From Shigella phage vB_SsoS_008: a stretch of 50,414 nucleotides of DNA. The first letter of the stretch is position 1, and the number at the start of each line of letters is the position of its first letter. Where the stretch lies: sequence record MK335533. One strand, 5' to 3'. Position numbers and translations under genes: made by a program. Positions 1 to 11,612 of this stretch are shown in pieces. Below the pieces are notes generated by a model. That model was not told the DNA's origin and did not search any database. It saw only the letters and a list, made by a program, of their open reading frames with translations.

Positions 1-105
1 TTCGAATGCGTCCGTAGCTTCAATGGCGCTACTGCCCATGTAAGCGATCACGCTCTTCTGTGTCTTGCGTGAGATCGCCACTACGCGGTAAATATTATCA
101 CTCAT
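1..105 (-). CDS. hypothetical protein, N-terminal fragment (gene runs off the window start); paralog of the gene at the window end
   Basis: ATG at 105-103 preceded by AAGGAAG RBS; reads MSDNIYRVVAISRKTQKSVIAYMGSSAIEATDAFE, about 85 percent similar to the partial protein at 50160-50414. Confidence 0.45.
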   Translation of the reverse strand, partial: MSDNIYRVVAISRKTQKSVIAYMGSSAIEATDAFE

Positions 106-469
106 CAAATGCTTCCTTAACACGGTCCGCCGCGCAGGAGTTAACGGCACCTGAATAGTTAGCCACACCCCATAATGCAATATTGCCAAGCTCGGTCAAT
201 ATTGATGGGTGAAGTAGCTGAATGATTGTCCGGACCGTGTCTTTATCGACGAAGCGAGACACGCCAGAATGGTCCACTACGCGGGTTACTCGGTTCACGC
301 ACTCCATTGCATCACTTACACCGTAATAAGCGCTTAGAGCGGCTCTCACTGCCTTCTCTTGCTTGTTGTAAATCTTGCGCGCAATGTTCTCGATCGCTAC
401 GTTCTCTTTCTCGTCAGTCTGGATTGCTGTGCTTGCTGAGAAGTCCAGGTTTATGAATTGCTTAATCAT
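95..469 (-). CDS. hypothetical protein
   Basis: Open frame from ORF track 98..493; ATG at 469 (MIKQFINLDF) with GAGGG RBS; stop overlaps the start of the next gene. Confidence 0.55.
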
Positions 470-1019
470 ATAATTACCCTCTGAAACTATCAATAGTGTC
501 GTTGATGTATTTCACTTGCGCCTCAACGCGGCAAATATTTCGAAGCAGTTTCTAAAAGATTCTTTGTGTGATGCTCTTTCAGGCCGCCCATGTGACCGTA
601 ATGCGTGCAAAGGTCATTAACAATAGATTGCTTTCTTTAATCCGGGATGCTTAATTGCCATCTGGTGATTCTCCTGATTGGTTGATGCGTTAACCATACC
701 CCGATCTCGCTCGGGGCGTTTAGCAGGAACGACTCAAGGATATTGTATGTCGCAGAGTCGCTTACTGATTTTGCGCGGGAATTTGTACTGGCTGTTAGGC
801 ATCACCCACCAGAAGCAAGCAGTTATCGTCCAGCTTGCAGTGAAGGTATCGCGTTCACATTAACGGGCCGAGGAATTTAACTGCCTTGTCTTCAGTTTTG
901 ATTTCTTCCCAAACGAAGTTGTGCGGGTTGATACCGGCTGATACTTCGATTTTGATGATTTCGTTACCGCGATTTTCGTAAACGATTGCTCCTGATGTGT
1001 ATCTCGTTTCGATGAGGTA

Positions 1020-1063
1020 ATTATGCCAAATCAAACCGATCGAGTTTTAACAAAAAGTGCTAT
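1020..1063 (-). promoter_or_regulatory. conserved bipartite promoter-like element (ATAGCAC-N3-TTGTTAAAA, 22 bp spacer, CATAAT)
   Basis: Reverse-orientation motif copy with a -10-like hexamer 22 bp downstream on the minus strand. Confidence 0.45.
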
Positions 1064-1716
1064 CCGCGATTGCTTTGAAAAATCCCCTCTCGTGATCAAC
1101 TTAGTTTTGGCAGATTTGCCGCCTAGCTTACTGTGCTGTGCAGAGTACCCGTCAGGTATGCTTACAGGTTTTCTCTCTGGCATGACAAAATCGTCAGAGG
1201 TCCAAAGGCAAGTTTTCTTCGGGTAAGCATCGCGCGGCGCAATATACATCGGGAACCAGGGGTGTGAGTCATTCTCAGGAAGATAGCCGCCATACTCCCA
1301 GGGATTGAAGGAGTGATTTGGTTTTCTCCAGGCAGATGCCCTAGGATGGTTCGGAGAAGCTTACACTGACCAATGTTCGCGGCAATCCTTGCGGTGGCAA
1401 CGGCCTTTTCCTGGAATAACGGATCGCGTTCACGCTTTCTTGCGAAGTGGGCGGCACCGCTAACAGCCAGGTCGGTACACGGCGGGAAGGCCATAATGAA
1501 ATCCGGCTTGCCATACACGCCAGCTATAGCATCACGCTCAAACGCTGCGTCAATGAACACGTTCACATACTCAATGTTCGGATGCTCCACCCGGGCATTG
1601 TACTTTGCATAATTAACCAAGCCGTCAAAGTTGAAGCACATCACCTTGTGACCTTGCTTAGCCAGTTCATGACCAGCAAGACCGGAACCGTCGAATAGCG
1701 ACCAAATCAACTTCAT
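1028..1716 (-). CDS. DNA (cytosine-5)-methyltransferase-like protein, apparent frameshift near 1335
   Basis: N-terminus LFDGSGLAGHEL (motif I, FxGxG-like) and FPPCTDLAVSG (motif IV, PC motif-like); AAGGAG RBS before ATG at 1716; protein-like translation continues in another frame to about 1031. Confidence 0.4.
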
Positions 1717-1872
1717 TTTGCGATCTCCTTTTTGTAGTGATTCAGCTTGTCGATGATTGACTTCGACTTGTTGGCTAGCGCCATGTCAGAGAACAGAGCC
1801 ACGCGATTAACCCACCCACGCGTTGATGTTTGCAATATTCATGTCGATTCCTCTATCTGGTTGATGAGATGA

Positions 1873-1917
1873 ATAATACCCGATCTACCCGGGTGACGTG
1901 TGGCAAAAAATGCTATT
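1873..1917 (-). promoter_or_regulatory. conserved bipartite promoter-like element upstream of the minus-strand methyltransferase cluster
   Basis: AATAGCATTTTTTGCCA, 22 bp spacer containing inverted repeat CCCGGG..CGGG, then TATTAT; followed by RBS and ATG of minus-strand genes. Confidence 0.5.
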
Positions 1918-2099
1918 CCAATAGTTGCTCATTATTCCACCATCAATGGAATATCTGGAATAATTGCGATCCCGATTGATCTCGAATGATGAAATGTGAT
2001 TGTTGCATGGTGTGCAACTGTTGATGTGATTTTGCTAACGATTGGCACAGCGCGCGTGTTACCCGGTTCGCCTGGTGGTCATCTCCATTTTTAGCAAAA

Positions 2100-2460
2100 C
2101 GTGCTATCGATTACTGCTGCTGATAGCAGATATTTGTCTAGATCAATCTAGCCAATACTCGCATCACAATAGACATATAGATATATGTATATATATAATA
2201 TATATAGTGTTTTTTTTATTTATATATATAGATAATCATATTGTAATATGGTGTGTCTTTATGTCTAGCGTACTGTTGGCATATTATGTGCTCATGTTTG
2301 CGCGGGCGGCACAGGAGGGCTATATATTTCTATAGTGACTCTAGACAGCTAGACAAATATTACACGGCTTAAAATTGGCTTGCAGAGAGCACCTAACTAG
2401 CGCGTCACAATGGCAATTGTTGACATGTTATGACATGTTAATCATGGTGTATATTGAAAC
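2100..2460. promoter_or_regulatory. divergent control region: AT-rich tract, inverted repeats, tandem direct repeat; candidate operator or origin region
   Basis: Inverted repeat ATATTTGTCTAG (2129-2140) versus CTAGACAAATAT (about 2349-2360); GCTATC..GATAGC; (TA)n-rich 2160-2260; TGACATGTTA x2 at 2422-2441 with TTGACA; lies between divergently oriented gene blocks. Confidence 0.5.
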
Positions 2461-2481
2461 TAAGGAGAAAGCTTCGAAGCC

Positions 2482-2787
2482 ATGACGCATTTACACACCA
2501 ATAGACAAAGAGGGCACATTATGAGCAATACCAATCAGCAGCGACCGGAATTAAAAATCACCGATATGATTCGACTAACCTGCGATGTAATGTACCGCGA
2601 CAAAGGTATGACCGAGTTCTCTTTCGTTGCTGATGATATGGCTGAGGAGGCCGCGCGATTCTACTTCCGGGGCCAGGAGGTAAGCGAACACGATCTTGAA
2701 TCTGCCGCTGAGTCCTGGGTGGACCAGAAGACGGGGGAGGTAGAGAAGAGATTCAAGTCCGCTTTCATTACTCCGATCATTGATTAA
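2482..2787 (+). CDS. hypothetical early protein
   Basis: ORF track 101 aa; AAGGAG at 2463 upstream of ATG; acidic protein-like composition. Confidence 0.45.
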   Translation: MTHLHTNRQRGHIMSNTNQQRPELKITDMIRLTCDVMYRDKGMTEFSFVADDMAEEAARFYFRGQEVSEHDLESAAESWVDQKTGEVEKRFKSAFITPIID

Positions 2788-3044
2788 CGTTTTGCAAGTA
2801 CGGCAAGGTGGCAAAGGTGAAGGTGACATGAATGACGCCGCAATCACAATGATAACCGTTCGTTCAGATCAGAGGTTCCGGTTAAGAAGCGCCGTAGCCG
2901 GAAAAAAGTTAGCCTGGCAGATTCTGGATTCGTTTGTCCTGATGTTATCAAGCTATCCGATAGCGAGTTAATTTCACCAGCCTCCGGAGATCGTGCGACA
3001 GATGAAATATCATATTGAAAAGTGTGTTCCGTCTAATAGGTGAA

Positions 3045-3088
3045 ATAGCACTTTTTGTTAAAGCCCGGTCGAGCGGATCGGGTATTAT
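3045..3088 (+). promoter_or_regulatory. conserved bipartite promoter-like element
   Basis: ATAGCAC TTT TTGTTA, 22 bp spacer (CCCGG..CGGG inverted repeat), TATTAT. Confidence 0.5.
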
Positions 3089-3335
3089 CAAACCATCGAC
3101 ACGATACAGAGGAATCGGCTCAGGCCACCAAACATGGTTGTTCAGCTTCGTTGCTTGAAAAGGGTCTGTTCAAGAAAGGAACCGAAATCAACTAGCCAAG
3201 GATATGGTTGCATATCACTCATTTTTTACCTGGAACGTGGTGCGCGTAGGCAGCGACTACAAACTCACCACCGACAGCCTTAGCATTTAATCATGGCGAC
3301 AATTACGTGCCGACTTAAAGAGAGACCGTGGCGAA

Positions 3336-3748
3336 ATGTCATTCTTCGCGTTTGAGCACAAGACCGGATCGCACTGGCATATGTACAGCCACTACACGGT
3401 CATCGATATCAACTCATACCGCGCAAGGATTAACGCTGAAAAGCTAAAGCTCTTCATTGGAGCTATCAAGGTGAACAATGGCTGCGAGTGGGCAGATGAG
3501 CACGCCGAGAAATGTGCAATATTGAGAACCCGGTCTATCTTGAGTCGTTCGATCTTGATGCTGATGTGGCTATTAAGGTGAGAAAGTCGGGTGAGTTGTT
3601 GCCAGGGATGCGTGTGCTGACTGGTTACTCGGGCCGTAAGGTGTGGCGCACCAGCCCAAGATTCGCCAGCGTTCGGCAACATGCTATAGCGTGTTCTTTG
3701 ATGACGGCTGGAATATGGAAATCCCGTGTGAAGTATCTTACCAAATAG
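3336..3748 (+). CDS. hypothetical protein, apparent frameshift near 3520
   Basis: Two overlapping ORFs (3336..3581, 3512..3748) in different frames, both protein-like; AGAGAG RBS before 3336. Confidence 0.35.
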
Positions 3749-3795
3749 CACGAATTGTTAAAACAGGATCGCCATGCGCCCGAGGGGGCTAAAAT
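3745..3795 (+). promoter_or_regulatory. conserved bipartite promoter-like element (longer spacer)
   Basis: ATAGCAC GAA TTGTTAAAAC then TAAAAT about 29 bp downstream; GAGGA RBS and ATG near 3816. Confidence 0.4.
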
Positions 3796-4552
3796 ACCAA
3801 CCAGAGGATTCACCATGTCAATCATCAAAGTGCAACAAGCCATCGACTGAACCAATAATCTTTGCTTTGCCTTCATTTTCACTCGCGACAACAAGCGATT
3901 TGCTGAAAGGGCGGTACCGGCCCAACACAAAACATAAATGGAAAATAACGGAAAGTGGGTGCGCTGCGACAACCTTGCAAACCCGGGAATATGGAATGGC
4001 GAGTTTCAAGGATTCGATGATATCAGCACTTTAATTGAGGAATAAATAATCATGCTTTTTTACGTCCGCCTAAATCCTCCCCCGCGTAAACGGGCACATG
4101 ATCCCGGCAAAATCTACTCACTGCGCGAAAGTAAGTCACACGCTTTATGCCTCGCATCAATGGAACTTCACATTTTCCGACAATTTTTACATGCGCGTGC
4201 CTGGAGACGATCCGCAATCAGTCAATACGAACTCAATCCTCAGCAACAAGATCGAGGTACAGCAATGAACTTCTTCCTTTTAGCTCGCCCGTCTGCCGTC
4301 TGGTTCTTCTGCATAAGTCACGTCATGGTCGGTATCGTGGTAATGCTTCTCCTGTGTGCGGGAGCGTTCGAATGCCACGCATTCTGATTTGCATGATGGC
4401 GGCGGTCGCCCTGAGTATCCTGGTAGTGTCCGGCTGTGGCGAGGTCAAAGATACAATTATGAAACCGGCTTGATTCTTACTACTTTCGTGATGGCGAGCA
4501 ATACGCAGCTACCAATCACAGTTGATTTATTACTTGCGAATAGGATTTAACA

Positions 4553-5020
4553 ATGGCTGATTTTATGCACCAAATGATTGCAGTATTCAAAGGTAGCGAA
4601 GATGAGGAAGTAAAGGAATGCTTTACCTTCAACAAGTCTTATAGCGCGTCGCTAACCAGCTTCGGGAACATCTCATTGCTTGATGATAATGGCGACCCCT
4701 GGATATTCGACGAAGATACTGATTGCTTCGAAATTAAAGAGCGCAGGATGATGTTAAAACTCAACAATCAGCTTGATGAGGATAACCCCATCGATAACGA
4801 ACGAGGATTTATCATGAAACTGCGGTGCATTGAATCAAATCAAATTAACTACTCAGAAGGCTTCGAATATGTCTGTCAAATCGATAGCTTTACAAACAAA
4901 AGCGGAGAGGTTATTGATGTGGTTCATGGAGTGTATACGTGGTTCTACTTTGACAAGAAAGCTCTAACAGCAACTAAGCGCAATGGCGATGTGGTGGCTA
5001 AATTTAAACGTGAACAATGA
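4553..5020 (+). CDS. hypothetical protein
   Basis: Intact 155 aa ORF with AGGA RBS; acidic protein-like composition. Confidence 0.55.
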   Translation: MADFMHQMIAVFKGSEDEEVKECFTFNKSYSASLTSFGNISLLDDNGDPWIFDEDTDCFEIKERRMMLKLNNQLDEDNPIDNERGFIMKLRCIESNQINYSEGFEYVCQIDSFTNKSGEVIDVVHGVYTWFYFDKKALTATKRNGDVVAKFKREQ

Positions 5021-5063
5021 GGATTGAAATCAGTGGCGCAAATTACTTTGGCTTGGCGAATTC

Positions 5064-5476
5064 ATGGGCTTTACTCGCGACCTGGGCGGCAACCCTATTA
5101 TCGTTGACGCCGTGAAGTGCAATGATAGCATTGGCGGCTACCGCGTCAAAGTCGATGACCTGGTTATTTTCATCGTGTACGATCTTGCCCATGGCCTATC
5201 GGTTAGTCCGGTATTTGGCCCGGCTGACTTCAACGAGAAGGACGATGTGATGTTCTTTTTCGATTGGGAAGTCAAGGCAAACATCAAGCCTCGTGTCCGA
5301 GACTTCTCAACATCGGCGGTTATCCTATGCTACCAGGTTATGAGAATCGCACATTCCCGGTTATTGCCTTCTTTGAAGAAATAACGTTCTTCTTAGCTTA
5401 TATCAACGGTGAACAGCTTCATGCTGTTGGATTCGTGGGAGGTATGAATAAAGAGGCGCTGTGCTTCTTCCCATGA
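5064..5476 (+). CDS. hypothetical protein, apparent frameshift near 5270
   Basis: ORFs 5064..5384 and 5264..5476 overlap in different frames, both protein-like. Confidence 0.35.
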
Positions 5477-5515
5477 AGAGCAGAGCCGTTCGGTATTGAG
5501 TGTGAGCTAGTATAC

Positions 5516-5559
5516 TAAGCACGAATTGTTAAAAGGGGATTCGTCCTGACTGGTACAAT
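5516..5559 (+). promoter_or_regulatory. conserved bipartite promoter-like element
   Basis: AAGCAC GAA TTGTTA, 22 bp spacer, TACAAT. Confidence 0.5.
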
Positions 5560-5577
5560 CCCCACATCGACGAAATG

Positions 5578-6056
5578 ATTATGTTGAAACAAAACGAGAT
5601 TAAATTCCCTGTAGTTTTTAACACCATTAGCTGCGGTCGAATAACCTGCCACAGCAAAGATCGTGCGCTATGTTCGTCATTCAATCGCCTACCCGTCGAT
5701 TGTTGGTAATCTCATTGAGCTTCATAACAATCACAATCCTGATAACATCCCATCTCTTCCATATTATGTTGAGAGTGCCGGGCCTGGTTGGAAGACGATG
5801 CGGGCCATCTTTCATGAATCAAAGCCAGAAACTCCTGATATTACAGTGCACTCAGATCGAGAATATGCCACTTAGCGCAACGCTAAAAGGTGTCCAACCC
5901 GATAGCACAACTTGGGTTGAGATTACCATCACACCAAAAACGTCGCAGGTGCACGACGATATCATCACGCTTCTATTGCATCACGGCGGCTTCAAGAACA
6001 AGACGGTACTGACATCATCAGCATTAAGCGCGGAACGCTTGTCCGCTATGAGGTGA
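5578..6056 (+). CDS. hypothetical protein, apparent frameshifts
   Basis: ATG at 5578 downstream of the promoter-like element; protein-like segments in ORFs 5663..5875 and 5670..6056. Confidence 0.3.
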
Positions 6057-6285
6057 AATAATGGCTGCATACCTCTTGATTATCTTGATGAGCACCGGGC
6101 CGGATCACGTATACATGGAAAGTCAGCATTTGAGTAACAAGAGATTCACAGTGATTGCAGAAAACAAGCCGTTCGGATCACGATGCTCAATGTGTGACTT
6201 GTTCAAGCACGAATTGCCCCTCTCCGCAAGGCCATTTTGCCTAGTGGCCTTATTCGTTCACGGCAACCAACTAGAGGAATCAGCT

Positions 6286-6492
6286 ATGGCTACACGACTC
6301 ACGCAGTGGCAGATTTACGACAAGGCTTCACGCCTTCGTGAATCACTTCGAGGTCTGACACCGAACGATCGCATAGAAATCATCGGTCATGCATTGCACG
6401 AACTAACGCCGCATGACGTAACCTATCATTCTTGCGGCAATAAATTTTGGAACGTAACATTCGAGGTGAAGGAAGATGAGCAAAACTCATAA
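6286..6492 (+). CDS. hypothetical protein
   Basis: GAGGAA RBS before ATG at 6286 (MATRLTQWQIYDK...); C-terminal part of ORF 6061..6492. Confidence 0.35.
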   Translation: MATRLTQWQIYDKASRLRESLRGLTPNDRIEIIGHALHELTPHDVTYHSCGNKFWNVTFEVKEDEQNS

Positions 6493-6763
6493 ATTAAAAA
6501 TCGCCACGGTACATTTCATTGGGGTAATGAACGGAACAAAAACGGCAGAGTTCCGCAGATATGACCGCAACTTGTCGCCTGGAGATATCCTGGAGCTATG
6601 CGAGTTCGATCGTGACGAGTTTACCGGGTGGGAAGTTCACGCCAGGGTGTCCGATGTTACAGACGTGACGCCATACATCAATCGCGGGTATGACGATCAG
6701 GAATGCGACTTCACGCAATACGTGATGTTATCAATCAAACCTTACAGGAAGGTTAGACCATGA
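6476..6763 (+). CDS. ASCH/DUF3850-like domain protein
   Basis: Pattern TAEFRRYDRNLSPGDILELCEFD resembles the DUF3850 (ASCH-like) signature; start overlaps the upstream gene end. Confidence 0.5.
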   Translation: MSKTHKLKIATVHFIGVMNGTKTAEFRRYDRNLSPGDILELCEFDRDEFTGWEVHARVSDVTDVTPYINRGYDDQECDFTQYVMLSIKPYRKVRP

Positions 6764-6925
6764 AATTTGAATGCGTATCAAGTGACGGAACGGGATTTAA
6801 GTGGGGAAAAATCTACGAAGGCGCTCGCGTCAATAACGACAGCTTCGTTGTCGTGGATGAGCACGGTAGCAATGTGAACATGCATTGTATCTTACCAAGA
6901 AATTTTCCTGCCGTATGGCGGTAGT
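6761..6925 (+). CDS. small hypothetical protein
   Basis: 54 aa ORF (MKFECVSSDGTGFKWGKIYEG...) with ATGA start overlap to the upstream gene; below the ORF-track cutoff. Confidence 0.3.
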
Positions 6926-7718
6926 TCAAAATATATCTTCCATCGAATCGTGGATGGTGTTAAATTTAACGACGTAATCGAAGCAATCAACCAACTGCAT
7001 AATAAAGAGGTAAAATTTATGAAATTCGAAAGATCAATCGTGTCCGGACTTGTGGCGACGTTCCCTCTGAGCACGCTAAGCACACGGCTGTAATTACCGA
7101 CGACACGGGCCGCAACCGCATTGCAACCGTAACTCACAACGGCGAGGGTCTTCGCTGGAATAGCGGCGGCACTAAGTTTGTGTACCATAGATTGATTTTT
7201 TTTGCGTAAATGGCAAGGTTATTAAAACCAGCAAACAAGATCCACAACGTCAAGCCATCGGAAGTTGATCGTAAGCCAGCGACGAAGTTGAAAGAGAAAG
7301 CAGATTTGTACAATCTGGCTATCTTGAAGAATCTCCTGGTCGACGCTATTTCGCTGATGTTCATCATGTAATGTTAACGGGGAATATGCTCTGAACGGTT
7401 CCCCTTTTCCCCATAAAAAGGGCCTCAGACTTTTCTAACTGCCAAAACGAGCCGCCATCATTTCAGGAGTTGCTATTCTGCCTCCTGGTTCTGACAATAT
7501 CTCGATAGGGTGTTTTATGGCTACTAATTCGACAGCGGAAGATGCAGCGCGTGACGCAGTGGAAGGGATGCGCCCAAATAATCATGCGGGAGCACACTAT
7601 CGTAATTTTGACGTGTCGGCAGTGCAGCTGGTCCAGCAAATTTAGGGGCTTCCACAAGTCGATTCAGCGCGACTGGTGACGTGCTTAAAAAATTGGCTTT
7701 GCATCACTATTAAAACGA

Positions 7719-7762
7719 ATAGCACGGGTTGCTAAAACCTATCAAGGGGAATTGTCTATGAT
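7719..7762 (+). promoter_or_regulatory. conserved bipartite promoter-like element
   Basis: ATAGCAC GGG TTGCTA, 22 bp spacer, TATGAT. Confidence 0.45.
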
Positions 7763-7800
7763 TCCCCTACACCAACGAACGGATATCGGAGTCTTTTCAT

Positions 7801-8046
7801 TTGATTCTGGATGAAGCACCTAACAATGGCTTTACCCTGCACGGACTTGGAATGAAGCAAGGCCACTACATGACAGCAAGCATTTATGATGCGCATCGAG
7901 GCGATGGCGATCTAATGATTACTTCAAATCCGGTTAATCCGTACATCATGCAGAATGCCGGGAACAATGTAAATATGGTCGTTTTTCTTAACGCGGTGTA
8001 CAAGCATATCAAAGACCGTGTAGTCGTAGTTCGCGCAGTCTTCTAG
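7801..8046 (+). CDS. hypothetical protein (start uncertain)
   Basis: ORF track 81 aa, protein-like; no clean ATG with RBS, so the start may be non-ATG or displaced by an indel. Confidence 0.3.
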   Translation: MILDEAPNNGFTLHGLGMKQGHYMTASIYDAHRGDGDLMITSNPVNPYIMQNAGNNVNMVVFLNAVYKHIKDRVVVVRAVF

Positions 8047-8068
8047 ATTGCAATTAAATACTGGAAGA

Positions 8069-8239
8069 TGAGCAAGAAGGACGCCGGAACATGGGCGGTC
8101 AACGTTGCTGATTCATACTTCTATCGTAACGGTGAGTCGTGCTACTTCCTGATCGATGATATTCATGACAATTACGGCGGCGACTTCAGTCAGGAAGAGT
8201 TTGATACGGAGGCTGAATACGAGATCAGTTGCTGGTAAT
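8069..8239 (+). CDS. small acidic hypothetical protein
   Basis: 56 aa ORF MSKKDAGTWAVNVADSYFYRNGESCYFLIDDIHDNYGG...; TGGAAG upstream. Confidence 0.35.
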
Positions 8240-8332
8240 ACTGAGAATCAAAGGTGTACTGCTAAAACTTGCTCAAGGGCATTTGATAGAATGCCCTTCG
8301 TTGAGTGGGCCAACCAATCATAGGAATAAATC

Positions 8333-8878
8333 ATGGATAAAATTACCATTTGGGGTCAAACTATCAACCTACAAAACGGCACGCTCGAAGTGGCAATCTT
8401 TGACTTTGACGGAACCAGTAGTGATGGATCTTTCCGCCTTCACCTGTTGCCGACGCCGGATTTGCACTTAACTGAAAGCTGGTCTGAGTTTAACCGAGCG
8501 GCAATATTTGATAACCCAATCCAGAGCACGCCATTCATTATGAACTCTATGTTGAATGCCGGGTATCACGTAATAGTTGCTGAATTGCGAAGTGATGAGT
8601 CGCGTTACGCATCTGAGTTATGGCTTAAGCATCACGGGATCAGATATGATTTTTTAGTCATGCGACCGCACACAGACAACAGGAAAGACACGGTGATGAA
8701 AGAAGAAGCGGTGCGAGCGATAACCTTTGAAAACATCTCAGCAGCTTGGTCGATATCACCGCAAATTATTCCATTATTCCGAGATCTTGGAATCCCCACA
8801 TATGCGGTTTGTGACTATGCATGTAACCACCACGCGACCGTAATCGCACGGGGTAGAGAAATGACAAATCAATGGTAA
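8333..8878 (+). CDS. HAD-superfamily phosphatase-like protein
   Basis: Intact 181 aa ORF with AGGA RBS; N-terminal IFDFDGT matches HAD motif I (DxDGT). Confidence 0.5.
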   Translation: MDKITIWGQTINLQNGTLEVAIFDFDGTSSDGSFRLHLLPTPDLHLTESWSEFNRAAIFDNPIQSTPFIMNSMLNAGYHVIVAELRSDESRYASELWLKHHGIRYDFLVMRPHTDNRKDTVMKEEAVRAITFENISAAWSISPQIIPLFRDLGIPTYAVCDYACNHHATVIARGREMTNQW

Positions 8879-9151
8879 GAGAGTTATTTACTTATCTGAC
8901 ACCTATACGAATTTAAGCAGCACATCCGGTATTGACGGCAGGAATCCTGCTAATCATCGGATACATAATCATCAATATAAGAAAATTATTTTTAGGCGCT
9001 CACAGGCTTGTATGGATATACCGAGAACCATTAGAAAACCTAAGATTGGTAACAAATAACAGGAATCAAAAAAAGAGATCTGATAACACAACCGGAGTAT
9101 CCGATGAGCGGGATAGATTAGGTTTATTCACAAAAAGACACGAGATACTAA

Positions 9152-9719
9152 CATGAAAACAGCTATCATTTTAAACGGCGCTCCTGGAGCAGGCAAGGAC
9201 ACTATCGGATGCATCCTGGCTGACACTTACGACACGTTAGCTTTGCGCAGCTTCAAACACTTGATGTTTGAGTACACGAGCAATCCTGGGTGAGGTGAAC
9301 TACGAGTATTTCATGTTCTTGTATGGGAACCGGCGTGACGTTAAAGAGTTGTATCTCGTGAACGGTAAAAGCCCGCGCCAGTTTATGATCTGGATTAGCG
9401 AGATGCCAGTTAAGCCACAGTTCGGAAATCGCTTCTTCGGCATGCGAGCGGAAAGCAAGGTCAAAGAATCAGTTTTTCGAAAGGTATTTATTATGGTGGA
9501 TCGCCAGATGAGGTATTGCAGATGATTGAAGGTGATATCCAGGTCAAGCTATGCCGAATCCACCGCAAAGGCTGCAACTCCTACAACGACGCTCGTGCGC
9601 CCGTTTACCTGGAAGATATGATCGGGGTTAATGCATATCAGGAGTGCTATTTCTTCTCTCCTTCAGGTCATCCAGAAATTACCGCTCAGCACATAGCCGC
9701 TACTACTGTCAATAAATAG
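9152..9719 (+). CDS. P-loop nucleotide kinase-like protein (dNMP kinase-like), apparent frameshifts
   Basis: N-terminus MKTAIILNGAPGAGKDT (Walker A, resembling phage dNMP kinase N-termini); continues in ORFs 9268..9525 and 9516..9719 in other frames. Confidence 0.45.
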
Positions 9720-9736
9720 CACGAATTGCTAAAACG
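9716..9736 (+). promoter_or_regulatory. conserved promoter-like motif copy
   Basis: ATAGCAC GAA TTGCTAAAAC immediately after the upstream stop codon; -10 ambiguous. Confidence 0.4.
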
Positions 9737-9788
9737 TCGGTGGGGTGATTTGATGAGGTTGGCTCATCGATTCCGAAGAGAGAAAATC

Positions 9789-10001
9789 GAAATGATGGTA
9801 TCAACTGATAAGTTTTTCACTAATACTAAAACTTCTGAGGTATTCGAACTGGTTCATACTGATAACGGATTCCACATGCATGATAACCTCGACGCATTCA
9901 TCCTCTCGCTTCCAAGCGACTATGATGACCTCGTTTATTACAACCCGGCAGTTAACACTCAGTTTCCGGTCCCGATCGAGACGCGCGGAGAAGAGGCATG
10001 A
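9789..10001 (+). CDS. hypothetical protein
   Basis: GAGAG RBS before ATG (MMVSTDKFF...); C-terminal part of ORF 9726..10001. Confidence 0.35.
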   Translation, partial: EMMVSTDKFFTNTKTSEVFELVHTDNGFHMHDNLDAFILSLPSDYDDLVYYNPAVNTQFPVPIETRGEEA

Positions 10002-10342
10002 TCACGATTAACGATTCAGAGAAGCCAGCTCGTGAAATGGCTGATGCGATCGGCGACCAATTGCACGTAAAAGGCCTTGATGCCGAGTTGCTCAACCAGA
10101 TCGAAAAGCAACTTACTGACAGATCAACGAATTGCTCTGGCGTTGCAGCCTGGAAGAGCGAGCGCATCCTGCCAAATATTTTCAAGGCATGGAAGCGCAA
10201 GCATAAAAAAGAAATCAATGTTGATGACTTATTGATCTATGAATTAACCCCTTCAAAGGTTGCTCAATATCAGTTGCGATACATGGAATCGTTTTGCAAT
10301 TCACTCTTAAATCCATGTTTTTCATTCAAAGGTGGTAAATAA
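9998..10342 (+). CDS. hypothetical protein
   Basis: Intact 114 aa ORF, start overlaps upstream stop (ATGA). Confidence 0.45.
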   Translation: MITINDSEKPAREMADAIGDQLHVKGLDAELLNQIEKQLTDRSTNCSGVAAWKSERILPNIFKAWKRKHKKEINVDDLLIYELTPSKVAQYQLRYMESFCNSLLNPCFSFKGGK

Positions 10343-11068
10343 TGTTTGGTGCTTTTCATTCGCGTGGTAAAGCGCGCGGCGAAGGAATTGAATAAATTCG
10401 TTAGCGGAATGAAGAAAGAAGATCGGAAAAACGACAAGATTATGATCACGACAATCGTCGCTCAATTCCTTTAGGTTGGGCTACTCATCGACCGCTACAA
10501 ATTTGTATGGACCGCCGGGTATATTGCAGGGCTTTAGAGTAACAAAGAGGGTGATTACGAATAATGGCTAACTTACCCTTCTTAGGCGATCAGGTTCGCC
10601 AACTACATCACGCAATGGTGATGCTTTCTCAGCGGGGTGCTTGTATGACGTTGAAAAAGTAAGTAAGTCAAAGAGACTCGTATTTGTATACGGCGACGAT
10701 GGAAATATTCATGAGATTGATTACCCGCAGGATGTAACTAAGGGCCAATTTGAAATTAATGATTGACCTGAATCTCTGAGCGGTGATAGTATTAATCCCG
10801 TAGACAGACGAGGCGCAAATAAGCGCAACAAGTGCGAAGATTCTCACACTTCCAGCTAACAAGCTCGGTTGCATAATGGTTAAGCAACGCCGCAGACCCG
10901 TAAATAACAACAATTCAAGAGGATTGCGTAATGCAAAATATCCGGATAATCAGTCAAAATTATTGCTGTTAACTCGCAACGGCAAATTCACTCGTTATTT
11001 TGTGCGGTTAAATCATGGAGAGGCTGTTATTGGTTTTTTCGATGGCGTTATGATTAAGGCCTGACTGG

Positions 11069-11254
11069 ATGCTGCGATTCAAAGTTCGATTGATCATTCG
11101 AAAGATGGGGAAAACATGCCAATCATGCGAACAATCTTTCGAACTTGAATTATCGGCAACTTCCTGCGCAGAAGCCATAACGAAAGCAAAAAAACTTTCC
11201 AATAACAACCTTGACACTCAGGAAATAAACATTGAATTAAACGAGGAGATCTAA
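11069..11254 (+). CDS. hypothetical protein
   Basis: 61 aa ORF, protein-like with CxxC pair. Confidence 0.3.
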   Translation: MLRFKVRLIIRKMGKTCQSCEQSFELELSATSCAEAITKAKKLSNNNLDTQEINIELNEEI

Positions 11255-11255
11255 C

Positions 11256-11482
11256 ATGGAAATTTTTTTTAATTTTAATTTTGGCTGATTTATTTTTGGT
11301 GCTTTGCATTTTTCAATCTTCGCACTTGTGGCGGCAGCAATTGCGATGGACGCGAAGGACGGGTCTGCGGTATGGCTTACCTACTATGCAAAGAAGGATC
11401 AATGGGAAATGACTGGCGATCTTGCTAGCTGCTACTCTAAGAATCAGACCCACCCTAAAGGCATTAAACGACGATTATCGTG
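11256..11482 (+). CDS. small membrane protein, apparent frameshift near start
   Basis: ATG at 11256 then hydrophobic helix FIFGALHFSIFALVAAAIAM in an adjacent frame; followed by stem-loop AACCCGC-TACG-GCGGGTT. Confidence 0.25.
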
Positions 11483-11533
11483 ATGCGCCTAAACCCGCTA
11501 CGGCGGGTTACGGGATGCCTACAATATGGTAAA

Positions 11534-11555
11534 ATAGCACTAAATGTTAAACAAA
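11534..11555 (+). promoter_or_regulatory. conserved promoter-like motif copy
   Basis: ATAGCAC TAA ATGTTAAAC upstream of RBS and ATG at 11613. Confidence 0.4.
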
Positions 11556-11612
11556 GAGGGTATATTTCGAAGTGAACCTAAGAACGCTCATATAGTTCAG
11601 GGTGGTAATTTC